DNA of 64,000 bases from Spirochaetia bacterium (GCA_965198005.1 CBDAOI010000002.1:448001-512000); one strand, 5' to 3'; shown: positions 1-9,979, numbered from the stretch's first letter. The notes: generated by a model not told the origin, from the letters alone. Program-made: numbers and translations.

Positions 1-310
1 CGCTCGATCCGGTCAGCACGAACCGCCAGCCACGGCCCTCTTCGATCAGCGCGTGCACGGCGCTCAGCAACGCCGGCACCCGTTGCACCTCGTCGATGAC
101 GATCACCTGGCCGTCGGGCTGGGCGCGAACGAGGTCGAACAGACGCTCGGGCCGCGCCCGGTAGCGCTGCAGCGTGGCTGGATGGAGCAGGTCGATGCGT
201 ACGCTGTCCGCGTAGCGGCGTTGCGTCCACGCCGACTTGCCGGTACCGCGGGGACCGAAGAGATAGTAACTCTGTCCCGGCGGCTCGAAAACTCGATCGA
301 CAAACGCCAT
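1..310 (-). CDS. AAA+ ATPase (AAA_14/DUF4143-type), 5' part, runs off window edge
   Basis: Not in ORF track. ATG at 310 reads MAFVDRVFEPPGQSYYLFGPRGTGKS (Walker A) ... VIVIDEVQRVP (Walker B) ... FVLTGSS. Confidence 0.8.
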   Translation of the reverse strand, partial: MAFVDRVFEPPGQSYYLFGPRGTGKSAWTQRRYADSVRIDLLHPATLQRYRARPERLFDLVRAQPDGQVIVIDEVQRVPALLSAVHALIEEGRGWRFVLTGSS

Positions 311-432
311 ATTGAGTCTCAATATGGCGTCATCGTTTCCACATTGCAATCACCGCCTCGACGGTTGGCCCCCCAGGGTCCCCCAGGTCGGGACTTGACT
401 GCGCATCCACCTCATGACACGTTTGCCGGAGG

Positions 433-753
433 ATGTCTGCGACCGCCCTGGAAGATCTTGAGCGCCGGCTGCAGGACGACGACCGTGCCCTGAGCATGGC
501 GAAGAAGTACGTCTGGTGGCAGTCGCCCGAGCGTGCGCTTGCCGATGGCCGGCTGTTGCTGGCGCAGATGATGACGCTCGCCACTGCCGACGACGTGCGT
601 TGGCTGCTCTCGGTCGCCTCCAGCGCAGACCTGCTGTGCGTGCTGGACGATCCCCCGGTCGGGGTGTTCAACCGTCGTTCGTGGACGTTCTGGCATCTGC
701 GGCTGGGACGCGAAACGATTCCTGCCCTTCCCGTGAGGCGCTTGCCTGCGTAA
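433..753 (+). CDS. hypothetical protein, putative antitoxin partner of AbiEii
   Basis: 106-aa ORF (KKYVWW...FWHLRLG) ending 1 nt before the AbiEii start. Confidence 0.6.
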   Translation: MSATALEDLERRLQDDDRALSMAKKYVWWQSPERALADGRLLLAQMMTLATADDVRWLLSVASSADLLCVLDDPPVGVFNRRSWTFWHLRLGRETIPALPVRRLPA

Positions 754-754
754 C

Positions 755-1411
755 GTGTTCGAGCCGCTACTCGACGTCCTCCCCGAGGCGCAACGCGAAC
801 TGTGGCCGACGCTGGTCGCTATTCCGCACAGCTACGTCCTGTACGGGGGGACCGCGCTGGCGTTGCGGCTGGGGCATCGGTCGTCCCTCGATTTCGACTT
901 CTTTTCGTCGGAGACGCTCGACTTCGAGGCGTTATACGAGATTCCGTTCATCTCGGACGCCGAGGTCCTGCAGCGCGAGCCGGCAGCCTTGACCATCTCG
1001 GTGCACCGCAACGAACCGGTGAAAGTTTCGTTCTTCGGAAATATCGGTTTTGGCCGAGTGGGGAGTCCGGATCAGACCGATGACGGCGTGCTCGCGGTCG
1101 CCTCACCGCTCGATCTGTTCGGCACCAAGCTGAAGGTGCTCCTGCAGCGCGTTGCGGCGCGGGACTATCTGGATCTGGCGGCGCTTTTGCGTGCCGGCGT
1201 CCCGCTGCAGGACGGGCTTGGCGCCGCGGTGGCTCTATACGGTAACGAGTTTCCGTCGATCGATGCCGTAAAAGCGCTCGCCTACTACGAGGAGGGCGTT
1301 GCCGCACAGCTCGATGCCGCGACGCGTCGATACCTGACGCATCAAGCATCTCGCTGGGACTGCTCGGTCACCCCGCTCCGGAAGACCGCAACTTCTCTCA
1401 GGGGCTCGTAA
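755..1411 (+). CDS. AbiEii/AbiGii-family nucleotidyltransferase toxin
   Basis: LYGGTALALRLGHRSSLDFDFF, K-L-K and RDYLD motifs. Confidence 0.85.
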   Translation: MFEPLLDVLPEAQRELWPTLVAIPHSYVLYGGTALALRLGHRSSLDFDFFSSETLDFEALYEIPFISDAEVLQREPAALTISVHRNEPVKVSFFGNIGFGRVGSPDQTDDGVLAVASPLDLFGTKLKVLLQRVAARDYLDLAALLRAGVPLQDGLGAAVALYGNEFPSIDAVKALAYYEEGVAAQLDAATRRYLTHQASRWDCSVTPLRKTATSLRGS

Positions 1412-1432
1412 GCGCCCCAAAACCGCCGCCGG
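1411..1432. repeat. 22-bp sequence AGCGCCCCAAAACCGCCGCCGG, exact second copy at 28261-28282
   Basis: direct sequence identity. Confidence 0.8.
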
Positions 1433-1524
1433 CGCCGCGCCGCCGATCTGATCACTATTGACGTAGGTGATCGTGCCGGTCGGTGCCGGTCGACGGACGC
1501 TGCTGCTCCGCCTGTTGCATTCTC

Positions 1525-2566
1525 ATGGTCCGCCGACCGATCATTACCTGATCGCGCCGTTGTCGAGGATCGATCGGGACGAAGTGCTCGGCTTGGTGCG
1601 CGACAAGAAGTACTTCGTGCTGCACGCGCCGCGGCAAACCGGGAAGACGTCGGCGCTGCTGGCGCTGGCCGAAGTGCTGAACGAGCGGGGCTACGGTTGC
1701 GTTTACGTTACGGTCGAAACCGCTCGCACGGCCCGCGACGACGTGCAACGGGCGATGCGCACGGTGCTCGCCATGCTGGCGCATGCGGCGGGTGCGGCGT
1801 TGGGCGACCGGTTCCTGCGAGACGCCTGGGCGGTGGTGAACGCACTGGCGCACGGCACGTGCTTCAAGAACAGGGCGTTGCGGCAAGACCGCGCGCGCAC
1901 GGTGACCGCCGGCGACGTCGCCGCGGTGCGCGAGGACCTGATCGTGAACCGGGTGACGCACCTGGACTATCTGGCGGACAAGCTGCGCGAGGATCGCGTG
2001 CGGCGGGTGATCGAGCCGATGCTGAGCGGCACGCGCCGGCACGCCTTCACGGACCGCGACATGACGTACGCGCGCGACCTGGGGCTGGTGGCCCGCGACG
2101 CGCCGTTGCGGGTGGCCAACCCGATCTACGCCGAAGTGCTGCCGCGCGAACTCGCATGGGTGGCGCAGGAGACGCTGGATGTGCCGTCGCTGCGGTACGT
2201 GAGACGGACGGCAGCCTGGACGCCGAGTTGCTGATGGCGTACTTGCAGCGGGTGGTGAACGGCGGCGGCCGCATTGAGCGGGAGTACGCGCTGGGGAGCG
2301 GGCGGGTGGACCTGCTGATCGTGTGGCCGCTGGCGGACCGGGTGCAGGAGTTCGTGGTGGAGTGCAAGGTGGTGCGCGACCACGACGGGCTGGAGAGCGT
2401 CGTGGACGAGGGCGTGGAGCAGACGGCGCGGTACGTGGACCGCTGCGCGGCGGAGGCAGGGCACCTGATCGTCATCGACCGACGGGAGCACCGGAGCTGG
2501 GAGGAGAAGGTATTTCATCTCCGGCGCGGTGGCGGCGCAGTGCCGGTCGACGTGTGGGGCATGTGA
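1525..2566 (+). pseudogene. AAA ATPase / PD-(D/E)XK-like protein, internally deleted and frameshifted
   Basis: HAPRQTGKT Walker A but no Walker B; ANPIYAEVLPREL; frame change near 2200 into YLQRVVNGGGRIEREYALGSGRVDLL...VVECK. Confidence 0.75.
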
Positions 2567-2648
2567 TCTCCACGTCAACGGCCATCCGCTGGCGCCACCG
2601 TGGGAGAAACGGATCCCGCATCCGTTCCTCGTGGCGAACCGGCTGGTG

Positions 2649-3494
2649 CTAGGTGGGCACCAGGAGCGCGGCGCCGTCGATCTTGAGGATCTGCCCCGAT
2701 ACGTAGGAGGAGGCGTCGGTGACCAGGTACGCCACCGCGCGGGCCACCTCATCCGGCCAGCCGTAACGGGACAGGCTGCCCTCGCGTACCTTGCGGGTGT
2801 CGTCGGTGGGACGGCTGTTGACGAATCGCGGACTCAGGATCTCCCCGGGGGCGACCGCGTTGACGCGCACGCCGTGCTCGCGCAGCTGGGCCGCCAGGCA
2901 GCGGGTGTAGTGGTGGACCGCGGCCTTGGCGCTGCCGTACACCACGCCCGCGGATGCGCCACGAAGGCCGGCCACGCTGCCCATGTTGACGATGCAGCCC
3001 TGCTGGCGCGCTATCATCTCGGGCGCCACTTCGCGGCAGGGGAGGATGCATGTGAGCCAGTTGCGATCGAACACCGCGCGCAGGTCGGCGAACGAAACGT
3101 TGATGGCGTCGTTGTCGACCGGCCGGCCACCCGCGGCGGCCATGGTGCCCTGGGCGCCGATGTCGCCGCCGGCGTTGTTGACCAGGATGTCGATCTGACC
3201 GAAGCGATCGCGAACCTGTGCGGCCAACTCGGCCACCCGCTCCTCGCTGGTGAGGTCGCCGTGGACCGCCAGTACCTCGGCCCCGGTCGCGGTGGCGATC
3301 TGGTTGCCGACCGACTCAAGGGAATCGCCCTCACCGAAGGCCTTGGTGGAGGTGGGCGTGGTGCCGTGAATGGCCACGCGCGCACCGAGGCCGGCCAGGT
3401 GTTCGGCGATGGCGCGCCCCAGACCCCGTCCCGATCCGGTTACCCATGCCACCCTGCCGGCCAAAGGGCTTGGTTTCTCGTCACTCATAGCCAT
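2649..3494 (-). CDS. SDR family NAD(P)-dependent oxidoreductase
   Basis: TGSGRGLG, NNAG, YGSAK, VNAVAPG motifs. Confidence 0.92.
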   Translation of the reverse strand: MAMSDEKPSPLAGRVAWVTGSGRGLGRAIAEHLAGLGARVAIHGTTPTSTKAFGEGDSLESVGNQIATATGAEVLAVHGDLTSEERVAELAAQVRDRFGQIDILVNNAGGDIGAQGTMAAAGGRPVDNDAINVSFADLRAVFDRNWLTCILPCREVAPEMIARQQGCIVNMGSVAGLRGASAGVVYGSAKAAVHHYTRCLAAQLREHGVRVNAVAPGEILSPRFVNSRPTDDTRKVREGSLSRYGWPDEVARAVAYLVTDASSYVSGQILKIDGAALLVPT

Positions 3495-3529
3495 CGCGCA
3501 TTATAGCCGAGGTCCCACCGGCGCGGCAG

Positions 3530-3632
3530 GGGCCGTATCCTGGCGAATCGCCGAGTAGATGCCGACCGGCAGCGCGATCACCAGCCCGATGAGGATTGCC
3601 ATCAAACCAAGCTCGATGGTTACGGGCAGTCT
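3530..3632 (-). pseudogene. ABC permease B (DppB-like) internal fragment
   Basis: RLPVTIELGLMAILIGLVIALPVGIYSAIRQDTA matches intact copies in the window. Confidence 0.8.
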
Positions 3633-3965
3633 AGTAAGCGTTGTTGGTTTCCTCGAGGTTTATTGCCATCTGCATTGCCTTGCGCACCCTGATGTCGTCA
3701 AACGGCTTCAATTGAACGTTCATACCAGTACCATTATCGAATCCCAGAATCGAATCCCAGAAAAACGGCCATATCACGAGTTCGGGGTTGGTCCGCTGGA
3801 GGTCGGCAGTCAGTTCCCGACCGTTCATCGGTGCCCTATCGTGCCAGTGAACGCCCTGACGGACGTTGACGATATACGTCAGTGGGTCGGGCTGCGACCA
3901 GCTTTCCGCCAGCTGCCCTATCGTGTAAGTTGGAGGGCTGTGAAACTGGAAGTCATATTTGTCCC
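3633..3965 (-). pseudogene. SBP (DppA/OppA-like) remnant with large internal deletion
   Basis: LAESWSQPDPLT...MNGRELTAD fused directly to LQRTNPE...PFDDIRVRKAMQMAI. Confidence 0.8.
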
Positions 3966-4019
3966 TGGGCGTTAATGGAAGAGACATACGTTGAAGGGCT
4001 ACGGACACGCCGGCCGGTA

Positions 4020-4205
4020 GCGCCCCAACCGCGGAGCGGGTGGAGGGAAGGGGCCTGGCCAAAGGGAATCCGCACCAGCAAAACACGCCCCGGACACCGC
4101 GCCGGCAATATGGCGCGCCCAGTGCGCTGGAGCGGATACGTCAAGCAGCGCGACGGGATAGACGGGATAGGACGCTGCGGTTCACCGCGTTCCTGCACCA
4201 CGTCG
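4020..4205 (+). mobile_element. group II intron reverse transcriptase N-terminal remnant
   Basis: EGRGLAKGN...SALERIRQAARRD...LRFTAFLHHV resembles the start of bacterial group II intron RTs; no YADD domain follows. Confidence 0.7.
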
Positions 4206-4233
4206 ACATAACTTCCGCTCCCGTGAGAGTCAA
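4205..4233 (-). promoter_or_regulatory. homolog of the 10162-10190 promoter, -10 box clipped by intron remnant
   Basis: TTGACT-17-TATG(TC); flanks align with 10163-10215. Confidence 0.55.
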
Positions 4234-4338
4234 CCACGAAAACGGCCCGACGGCCCAATTCTTGAGCTCCCTGTCGAACCGGTAGCCCGAATCCCCGGCT
4301 CCCCCGGTAGTAGAGGCCGCACGCACACACCACCGCCT

Positions 4339-4757
4339 TCAGGCGACGCCCTCGCCCGGTCTGTCGGGGGGCTCGTTCCGGTTGCTCCAAAACAGACCCT
4401 CGATTACACCCTCCACCTTCGACAGCCGCTGCTCGACGCCGCCAACCCGCGTATTGAGCTCTCCGAATCCGGCCTTCATCTCGGCGCGGAGGGCACCGAC
4501 CTCCTCGCTCAGTGCGGCATCGCCCGCATGCATCTCGCCACGCAGCGCTTGATGGTCGGCCTTCATCTCGGCGCGGAAGGCACCGATCTCCTCGCTCAGT
4601 GCGGCATCGCCCGCGCCCATCCCCTTGCGGCCGCGCCCATCCCCTTGCGGGCTCCTACTTCGGCCTTCAGGTCGCCGCGAATGGCGCGGCCCGCGGCGAA
4701 CAGCAGACCGCCGAGGGCGATCGTGGAGCCAAGTAGCCCGATCAACTCTGTACTCAC
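4339..4757 (-). pseudogene. N-terminal TM + coiled-coil repeat protein, frameshifted
   Basis: GTG start with GGAGAGG; 20-bp tandem duplication at 4611-4650 shifts frame; repeat AGDAALSEE(I/V)GA.RAEMKA. Confidence 0.6.
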
Positions 4758-4924
4758 GTACACCTCTCCGGCGCCTCCGCTCTCCTCGGACTCTACCGCT
4801 TCGTGGGCGTAGTGTCACGCCACCGCGGTGTCGCCGGGGCCAGCGATCCGGCACCCGCTCGGAGGGATAGCGCGACACCCGCCGACGTCGTGGAGCGGAG
4901 GAGCGCAGCGCTGCTGTGTGACCC

Positions 4925-5200
4925 CCGGCTACACCCACCCGGCGCTGGTCGATGCCGAAGCTGCGCGCCACCACCCCGGCGACGTTGCTGCTGATGCCCT
5001 GGCCCATCTCGATGCCGCCGGTGGTCACGCCCACGCTGCCGTCGGCGTAGAAGTGGACCAACGCCCAACCCTGGTTGAGGTGGCTCTTGGTGAAGGCGAT
5101 GCCGAAGCGCACCGGCATCATCGCCCAGCCCTTCTTGTGGGCGCAGTGGTCGCGGTTGAACTCCCCCACCCGCCGACGAATCCCGTCCACCGCGAATGCC
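4925..5200 (-). pseudogene. xanthine dehydrogenase molybdopterin subunit (XdhB-like) fragment
   Basis: PVRFGIAFT..LNQG.ALVH.Y.DGSV.V..GGIEMGQG. Confidence 0.75.
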
Positions 5201-5339
5201 ACCTGCAAATTCGTCCCAGGTTTTCCTGCACGGCACGTTTCCACCTGCTGCCCATAGTGAAAATAATCGCCGTCGCGCAGCAGGTTGGCGCGCTGCGGGT
5301 CAGCCGCCGCGACGCCCAGCTAGCGCCCGGTGCCGATTA

Positions 5340-5665
5340 TCTCCACCACGAAGCGGCGCTCGCGCCCGCCCTGCGGCCACACGATCAGCAGGTCGGTGCG
5401 CCCGCGCCCCAGCGCGTACTCCCGCTCGAGCCGCCCGCCGCCGTTCACGATTGGAACGCCGCGATCAGCCCCTCAACGTCCAGCCCGCCGTCCGCGCCCA
5501 CGTACCACGCCATCTGGTGCGGCAGCCCCGCCTGCACCGCGTAGTTCAGATGCCGCGGCACCACCTCCGCGTAGATCGGGTTGGCGATGTGCGGCGTGCC
5601 GGCGGCGTCCTGCGCCACCAGCCCCAGGTCACAGACGTAGGCGACGTCCTCGGCCGACCACGCCT
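5340..5665 (-). pseudogene. second AAA/PD-(D/E)XK-like fragment
   Basis: DLGLV...[14 protein letters not shown] then VNGGGRLEREYALGRGRTDLLIVWP in another frame. Confidence 0.7.
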
Positions 5666-5712
5666 GGAGATAGAGAATTTGATAGAGCGCGGGGCACGAG
5701 GATCTGCACAGC

Positions 5713-6675
5713 CTACGATGGAGCGCGCTTACCCGCTGAACGGGGAGAGGCTCCTGGCATCCCCGCCAGGAGGCCTCGGTTGCGTTTCGCCGAGGCGGCA
5801 TAACCTCCCTGTCCGCCTCGCAGCCGCGGGTCGAGCAGGTCTCTCACCGCGTCGCCGAACATGTTGAGCGCGTAGACCACGATGGTCAGGCAGAGCCCGG
5901 GCCACAGCGCCAGCCGCGGCGCCTGCTCCATGTACTGACGCCCTTCCCGGCTGAGCATCCCACCCCAGCTCGGAACCTGGACCGGCAGCCCGAATCCCAG
6001 GAAGCTCAAGCTGGCCTCGGCAATGATCACGCCGCCGATGTTGATCGAGAAGATGATGATGATCGGCGCCATGATGTTGGGCACCACGTGGCGCACCAGG
6101 ATCTGGCTGGTGCGCGTGCCCACGGCCTCGGCGGCCTGAAAGTAGTCGTTCTCCTTGACCCCGAGCACGGCGCTGCGGATGACGCGGGAGCCCCCGATGC
6201 CGCCGGCGATCCCCAGCACCACGATGATCTGGAGCAGCCCCTGTCCGACGATGGACATGATGGTCAACAACAGCAGCAGCCCCGGGAAGGCCATCCAGGC
6301 ATCGACGAAACGCTGCACCGCCAGGTCCACCTTCCCGCCGAGGAATCCGGAAGTCCCGCCAATCAGGACGGCGACGATCACGTTGAGTGCCGTTGCTGCC
6401 AGACCGACGGTCAAGGAGATGCGAGCTCCATGGAGAATGCGGCTCAACAGGTCTCGCCCCAGGTGGTCGGTGCCCAGCAGATAGCGGGCGGATGCGCCCT
6501 GCATGATGTCCGGCAGGTGTATTTCCTGGTAGGGATAGGGCGCCAGACGCTCGGCAAGAATCGCGACGAGAATCAAGATCACGACGAGAATCCCGCAGGC
6601 GGTGCCCAGGGGCTTCTCCTGCCACAGCCTGGTGAAGGAATCAGCCAGCCAGCCCCGCCGCCCGTTCCTACTCAT
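5713..6675 (-). CDS. peptide/nickel-family ABC permease C (DppC/OppC-like)
   Basis: LLGTDHLGRDLLSR, RHVVPN, EASLSFLGFG..PSWG, GDAVRDLLDPR. Confidence 0.93.
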   Translation of the reverse strand: MSRNGRRGWLADSFTRLWQEKPLGTACGILVVILILVAILAERLAPYPYQEIHLPDIMQGASARYLLGTDHLGRDLLSRILHGARISLTVGLAATALNVIVAVLIGGTSGFLGGKVDLAVQRFVDAWMAFPGLLLLLTIMSIVGQGLLQIIVVLGIAGGIGGSRVIRSAVLGVKENDYFQAAEAVGTRTSQILVRHVVPNIMAPIIIIFSINIGGVIIAEASLSFLGFGLPVQVPSWGGMLSREGRQYMEQAPRLALWPGLCLTIVVYALNMFGDAVRDLLDPRLRGGQGGYAASAKRNRGLLAGMPGASPRSAGKRAPS

Positions 6676-7624
6676 ACCGTACCCTCGGGTCCAAGTAGGG
6701 ATAGATCAGGTCGATGAGCAGATTGAGCAGCACCACCCCGGTGGCGAAAAACAGGTTGGTTCCCTGCACCACCGGATAGTCACGGCTTCGCAGGGCATCG
6801 AGCATGAGACGGCCGAGTCCCGGCAGGGCAAAGATGTTCTCCATGATCACCGCGCCCCCGACCAGGATCGGCAACTGCAGGCCGATCAGGGTCACCACCG
6901 GGATGAAGGCATTCTTGAGGGTATGCCGGACAATCACGACCCGCTCTTTGAGCCCCTTGGACCAGGCGGTGCGGATGTAGTCCTGCCGCAGTACCTCCAG
7001 CGTCATGGTGCGCATCATCCGCATGGTGGCAGCCGCGGAGGCCGTCCCCAGAATCAGGCTGGGGATCAAGAACCCGCCGAGGTTGCCCAGCGGGTCTTCG
7101 GTGAAAGGAATGTATTCCAGCGGTGGGGTCCAGCCCCACCAGATGGTCGGATAGATCAACACCATGATGGCGAGCCAGAAGTTCGGCGTGGCCAGGCCGA
7201 TGATGGCGACCGAGCGTCCCAGGTAGTCGGCGGCGGTATCCTGGCGCATCGCCGAGTAGATGCCCACCGGCAGCGCGATCACGAGCCCGATGAGGATGGC
7301 CAGCAGGCCAAGCTCGATGGTGACCGGCAATCTGGAGAGTATCTCCTCCTCTACCGTCCAATCGCGCCACAGGGACTCGCCCAGGGTGCCGTGTAGGAAG
7401 ATCTCGCCGATCCAGCGTCCGTACTGTACGTACACAGGCACGTCTAAACCCAGCATACGCTCAAGAGCTTCGCGGTCTATATCGCCACCCACCCATTGCA
7501 GCTCACCCAACATGACGTCTATGACGTCGCCGGGGATGAAGCGGACCGTGAGAAAGACCAGGATGCTCAGGAGAACCAGAGTGGGGACGACCAGCAATAA
7601 GCGCCTGATGATATAGGCTCTCAT
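6668..7624 (-). CDS. ABC permease B (DppB/OppB-like)
   Basis: MRAYIIRRLL, QDYIRTAWSKGL, RDYPVVQG, YLDPRVRY. Confidence 0.93.
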   Translation of the reverse strand: MRAYIIRRLLLVVPTLVLLSILVFLTVRFIPGDVIDVMLGELQWVGGDIDREALERMLGLDVPVYVQYGRWIGEIFLHGTLGESLWRDWTVEEEILSRLPVTIELGLLAILIGLVIALPVGIYSAMRQDTAADYLGRSVAIIGLATPNFWLAIMVLIYPTIWWGWTPPLEYIPFTEDPLGNLGGFLIPSLILGTASAAATMRMMRTMTLEVLRQDYIRTAWSKGLKERVVIVRHTLKNAFIPVVTLIGLQLPILVGGAVIMENIFALPGLGRLMLDALRSRDYPVVQGTNLFFATGVVLLNLLIDLIYPYLDPRVRYE

Positions 7625-7692
7625 GTGACACTCCCCATCATTCTTCGAAACAAAAGTGCTTCTCTTTCCGATGAGTTCCCACTTCAATAAGT

Positions 7693-7735
7693 AAAGGAGA
7701 GCTGGAAAGCCTGAGCCTCCCAGCTCGCTTTTTCC
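7693..7735 (-). terminator. hairpin between SBP and permease B (terminator/stabiliser)
   Basis: GAGCTGG...CCAGCTC stem flanked by A/T runs; similar hairpins follow every SBP. Confidence 0.55.
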
Positions 7736-7763
7736 CTGAGCTAAGCCACAATGGGTGAAACCC

Positions 7764-9569
7764 CTAACGACCCATTGCTTCCTTCATCTCACTATCAATC
7801 CAAATGCGGGCCAACATGGCCACCGAGCGAGAAAGTCCCAGTTCGACTTCACCGTTATAACCTTTGATCCATGGCTGGGATGCATTAAACGAGGGAGGTT
7901 TAGGACCCCATATGTACCACTGCTGCTCTATAAAGTACATATCTGCCTCTCTAACCAGCCTCTGCTGCTCCTCAGGGGTAGCAGCAGCTACGGCGGCTTC
8001 CGCCTTGGCGTCCATCACAGGGTCCTGGTGTCCAGGATTCCCGTTAGGTTTATAGTCCGACGACATCCAGTGCACCATGGGCATTGGCGCCTGGTCATTG
8101 CCGAGACCAGCAGTAGCCATCCCTTCATAAGCACCTTCCGTTATTAGCGCCATATGCGCAGTTTCCTCACGTACCTGAATCTCTACATCAACGCCAATCG
8201 CTTTCCAGTATTCAACGGCTATTTCCTGATAGCCTACATCCGCTCGCCAAAAGTGGTTAAGGACGGTCTTGAATCGAATGCCATCCGCGCCGCGCGGATA
8301 GCCAGCCTCGTCGAGGAGCTTCTCCGCCCCTTGCGGATCATACCGATAGCCTTGCTTGACCGCTTCGGGCCACTCTTCAAAGGGGACATAAAACCCCGTC
8401 AGACTATCTCCGATCATCCCCTGGGGTTGCCACTTGGCAAAACCCTTATAGTAGGTCTCGTTAATGGTCTCCAGGTCAATGGCCATCTGCATGGCCTGGC
8501 GTACCCGGATGTCGTTGAAGAGCGACTGCCTGCGCAGGTTAAAAGTAACAGAGGTGCCCGACCTTAGATACCACGGGTACAACGTGATCTCGGGGTTGGT
8601 CCGTTTGAGGGCCTCTACCTGGCCGATATCCCCCAACTGAGTGTCGCCGGGTATACCTATGATATCATGCTTACCCGAGCGCAGTGCCGCCAGAAATGTT
8701 GCTTGTTCGGGCATAAACACCCGCCGCAACTGGTCAATATAGGGCAAGCGGTTCTGTGGGTATTTTTCGTCGTAGCCCCAGTAGTCCGGATTCTTGGTAT
8801 AGGTCATCGAGCTGCCCTTGACCCAGTCCGTCAGCATATAGGGCCCGGTGCCTACCAGGTTCCTCCAGTCCTGAACGTCACCATGTTGCTCGATTACCTC
8901 GGGGGGCATTATCAAAAGAAACCAGCCGCTGATGATAGTCTCCAGCGCGTCGTTGCGTGGCGCCTTTAACTTAAAAACAACCGTGGAATCGTCGGTGGCC
9001 GTAATGGATTCCCATGTCGCGGCATTCATCGGGTCGAAGGGGCTAGGTTCGGTGAAGCCGCTGCCCAGACCCGTATAGCGATTAAAGTTGTATTCGACAT
9101 CCTGGGCAGTTAGCTCCCGACCGTTCATCGGTGCCTTATCGTGCCAGCGAACGCCCGGGCGGATTTTGAAGATAATAGTCAGCGGGTCGGGCTTTTCCCA
9201 GCTTTCCGCCAGATTCGGTCTCATGGCAAATAGCGGGACGTACCTGCTTTCGAAGCCAAATTCATCCCTATCTATTCCCCAGTTCGCGATGCCCAGTTTC
9301 TCTGCAACGCCATCGACGCCCCTTGGTCCGTGGCCCTGGTTCCAGGGGTCAGTACCCGGAGGCTCGATCCGCTCGGCGTAGGTCAATGTCCCGCCATACT
9401 CTGGCGCGGTCACCATCTCCCCCGTGGTCGGGTCGAGCACCATTTCCTTCTCGGCGGCCGCGGCCGGCTCCTCTTCTGCGCCCGCGGCCCACAGGCCGGT
9501 GGCGGTCAGAACCAGGACCAGCGCAACCGCGAAGGTCATTCTGATTCTTACGATGTGCATAATGTTCAT
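7764..9569 (-). CDS. ABC substrate-binding protein, family 5 (SBP1)
   Basis: signal peptide ...TGLWAAGAEEE; PEYGGTLT, GTGPYML, LDEAGY; start chosen by GGAG upstream of ATG 9569. Confidence 0.92.
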   Translation of the reverse strand: MNIMHIVRIRMTFAVALVLVLTATGLWAAGAEEEPAAAAEKEMVLDPTTGEMVTAPEYGGTLTYAERIEPPGTDPWNQGHGPRGVDGVAEKLGIANWGIDRDEFGFESRYVPLFAMRPNLAESWEKPDPLTIIFKIRPGVRWHDKAPMNGRELTAQDVEYNFNRYTGLGSGFTEPSPFDPMNAATWESITATDDSTVVFKLKAPRNDALETIISGWFLLIMPPEVIEQHGDVQDWRNLVGTGPYMLTDWVKGSSMTYTKNPDYWGYDEKYPQNRLPYIDQLRRVFMPEQATFLAALRSGKHDIIGIPGDTQLGDIGQVEALKRTNPEITLYPWYLRSGTSVTFNLRRQSLFNDIRVRQAMQMAIDLETINETYYKGFAKWQPQGMIGDSLTGFYVPFEEWPEAVKQGYRYDPQGAEKLLDEAGYPRGADGIRFKTVLNHFWRADVGYQEIAVEYWKAIGVDVEIQVREETAHMALITEGAYEGMATAGLGNDQAPMPMVHWMSSDYKPNGNPGHQDPVMDAKAEAAVAAATPEEQQRLVREADMYFIEQQWYIWGPKPPSFNASQPWIKGYNGEVELGLSRSVAMLARIWIDSEMKEAMGR

Positions 9570-9676
9570 ACGTAACTCCGCATGTTTGGTTTGAGAGTAT
9601 CGAGTAACGAATTGCCGGGCCCTGCCTACTCTCGCGCCCGCAACGCAGGCGGCCAGACAGAGACGGCAATCGGGGC

Positions 9677-9712
9677 TCACGCCCCGCGCGTGCGCGGTTC
9701 TTTGAGTATCAC
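9677..9712 (-). CDS. 11-aa uORF MILKEPRTRGA
   Basis: AGGAGGT four nt before GTG; same-length homolog at 38854-38889. Confidence 0.5.
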   Translation of the reverse strand: MILKEPRTRGA

Positions 9713-9968
9713 TTGCACCTCCTGTGCGCCGGGATACCGGCAGGGTTGTAGTGGATGCGATTCACCGGCAAACGCCGGCGGTCGATTCTGCGACGGTGAG
9801 TTGGGGGGCGAGGCTCCAGGACCGTTGCGGTGGTCGGTGATCGAAGGTGGACTGAGCCGGCGCCACGCGCAGCCGGGCGTGACCCCGGTGCTGAAGGCGA
9901 AGGCGCCCGCGGAGCGATCAGCCCGTGCGGTTAGTGACCTACAGGATGATGTATCAAAAGCTGTGTGT

Positions 9969-9979
9969 GGGGGGGGGGG
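9969..9979. repeat. G11 tract (C11 on sense strand) in SBP1 leader
   Basis: direct count. Confidence 0.85.

Noticed and set aside
4020-4205. Diversity-generating retroelement or retron driving SBP variation
   Set aside because: Only an RT N-terminal stub is present, and no template/variable repeat pair with adenine-specific differences was seen
4339-5244. XdhB-coiled-coil fusion protein
   Set aside because: Chance in-frame join of two pseudogene fragments
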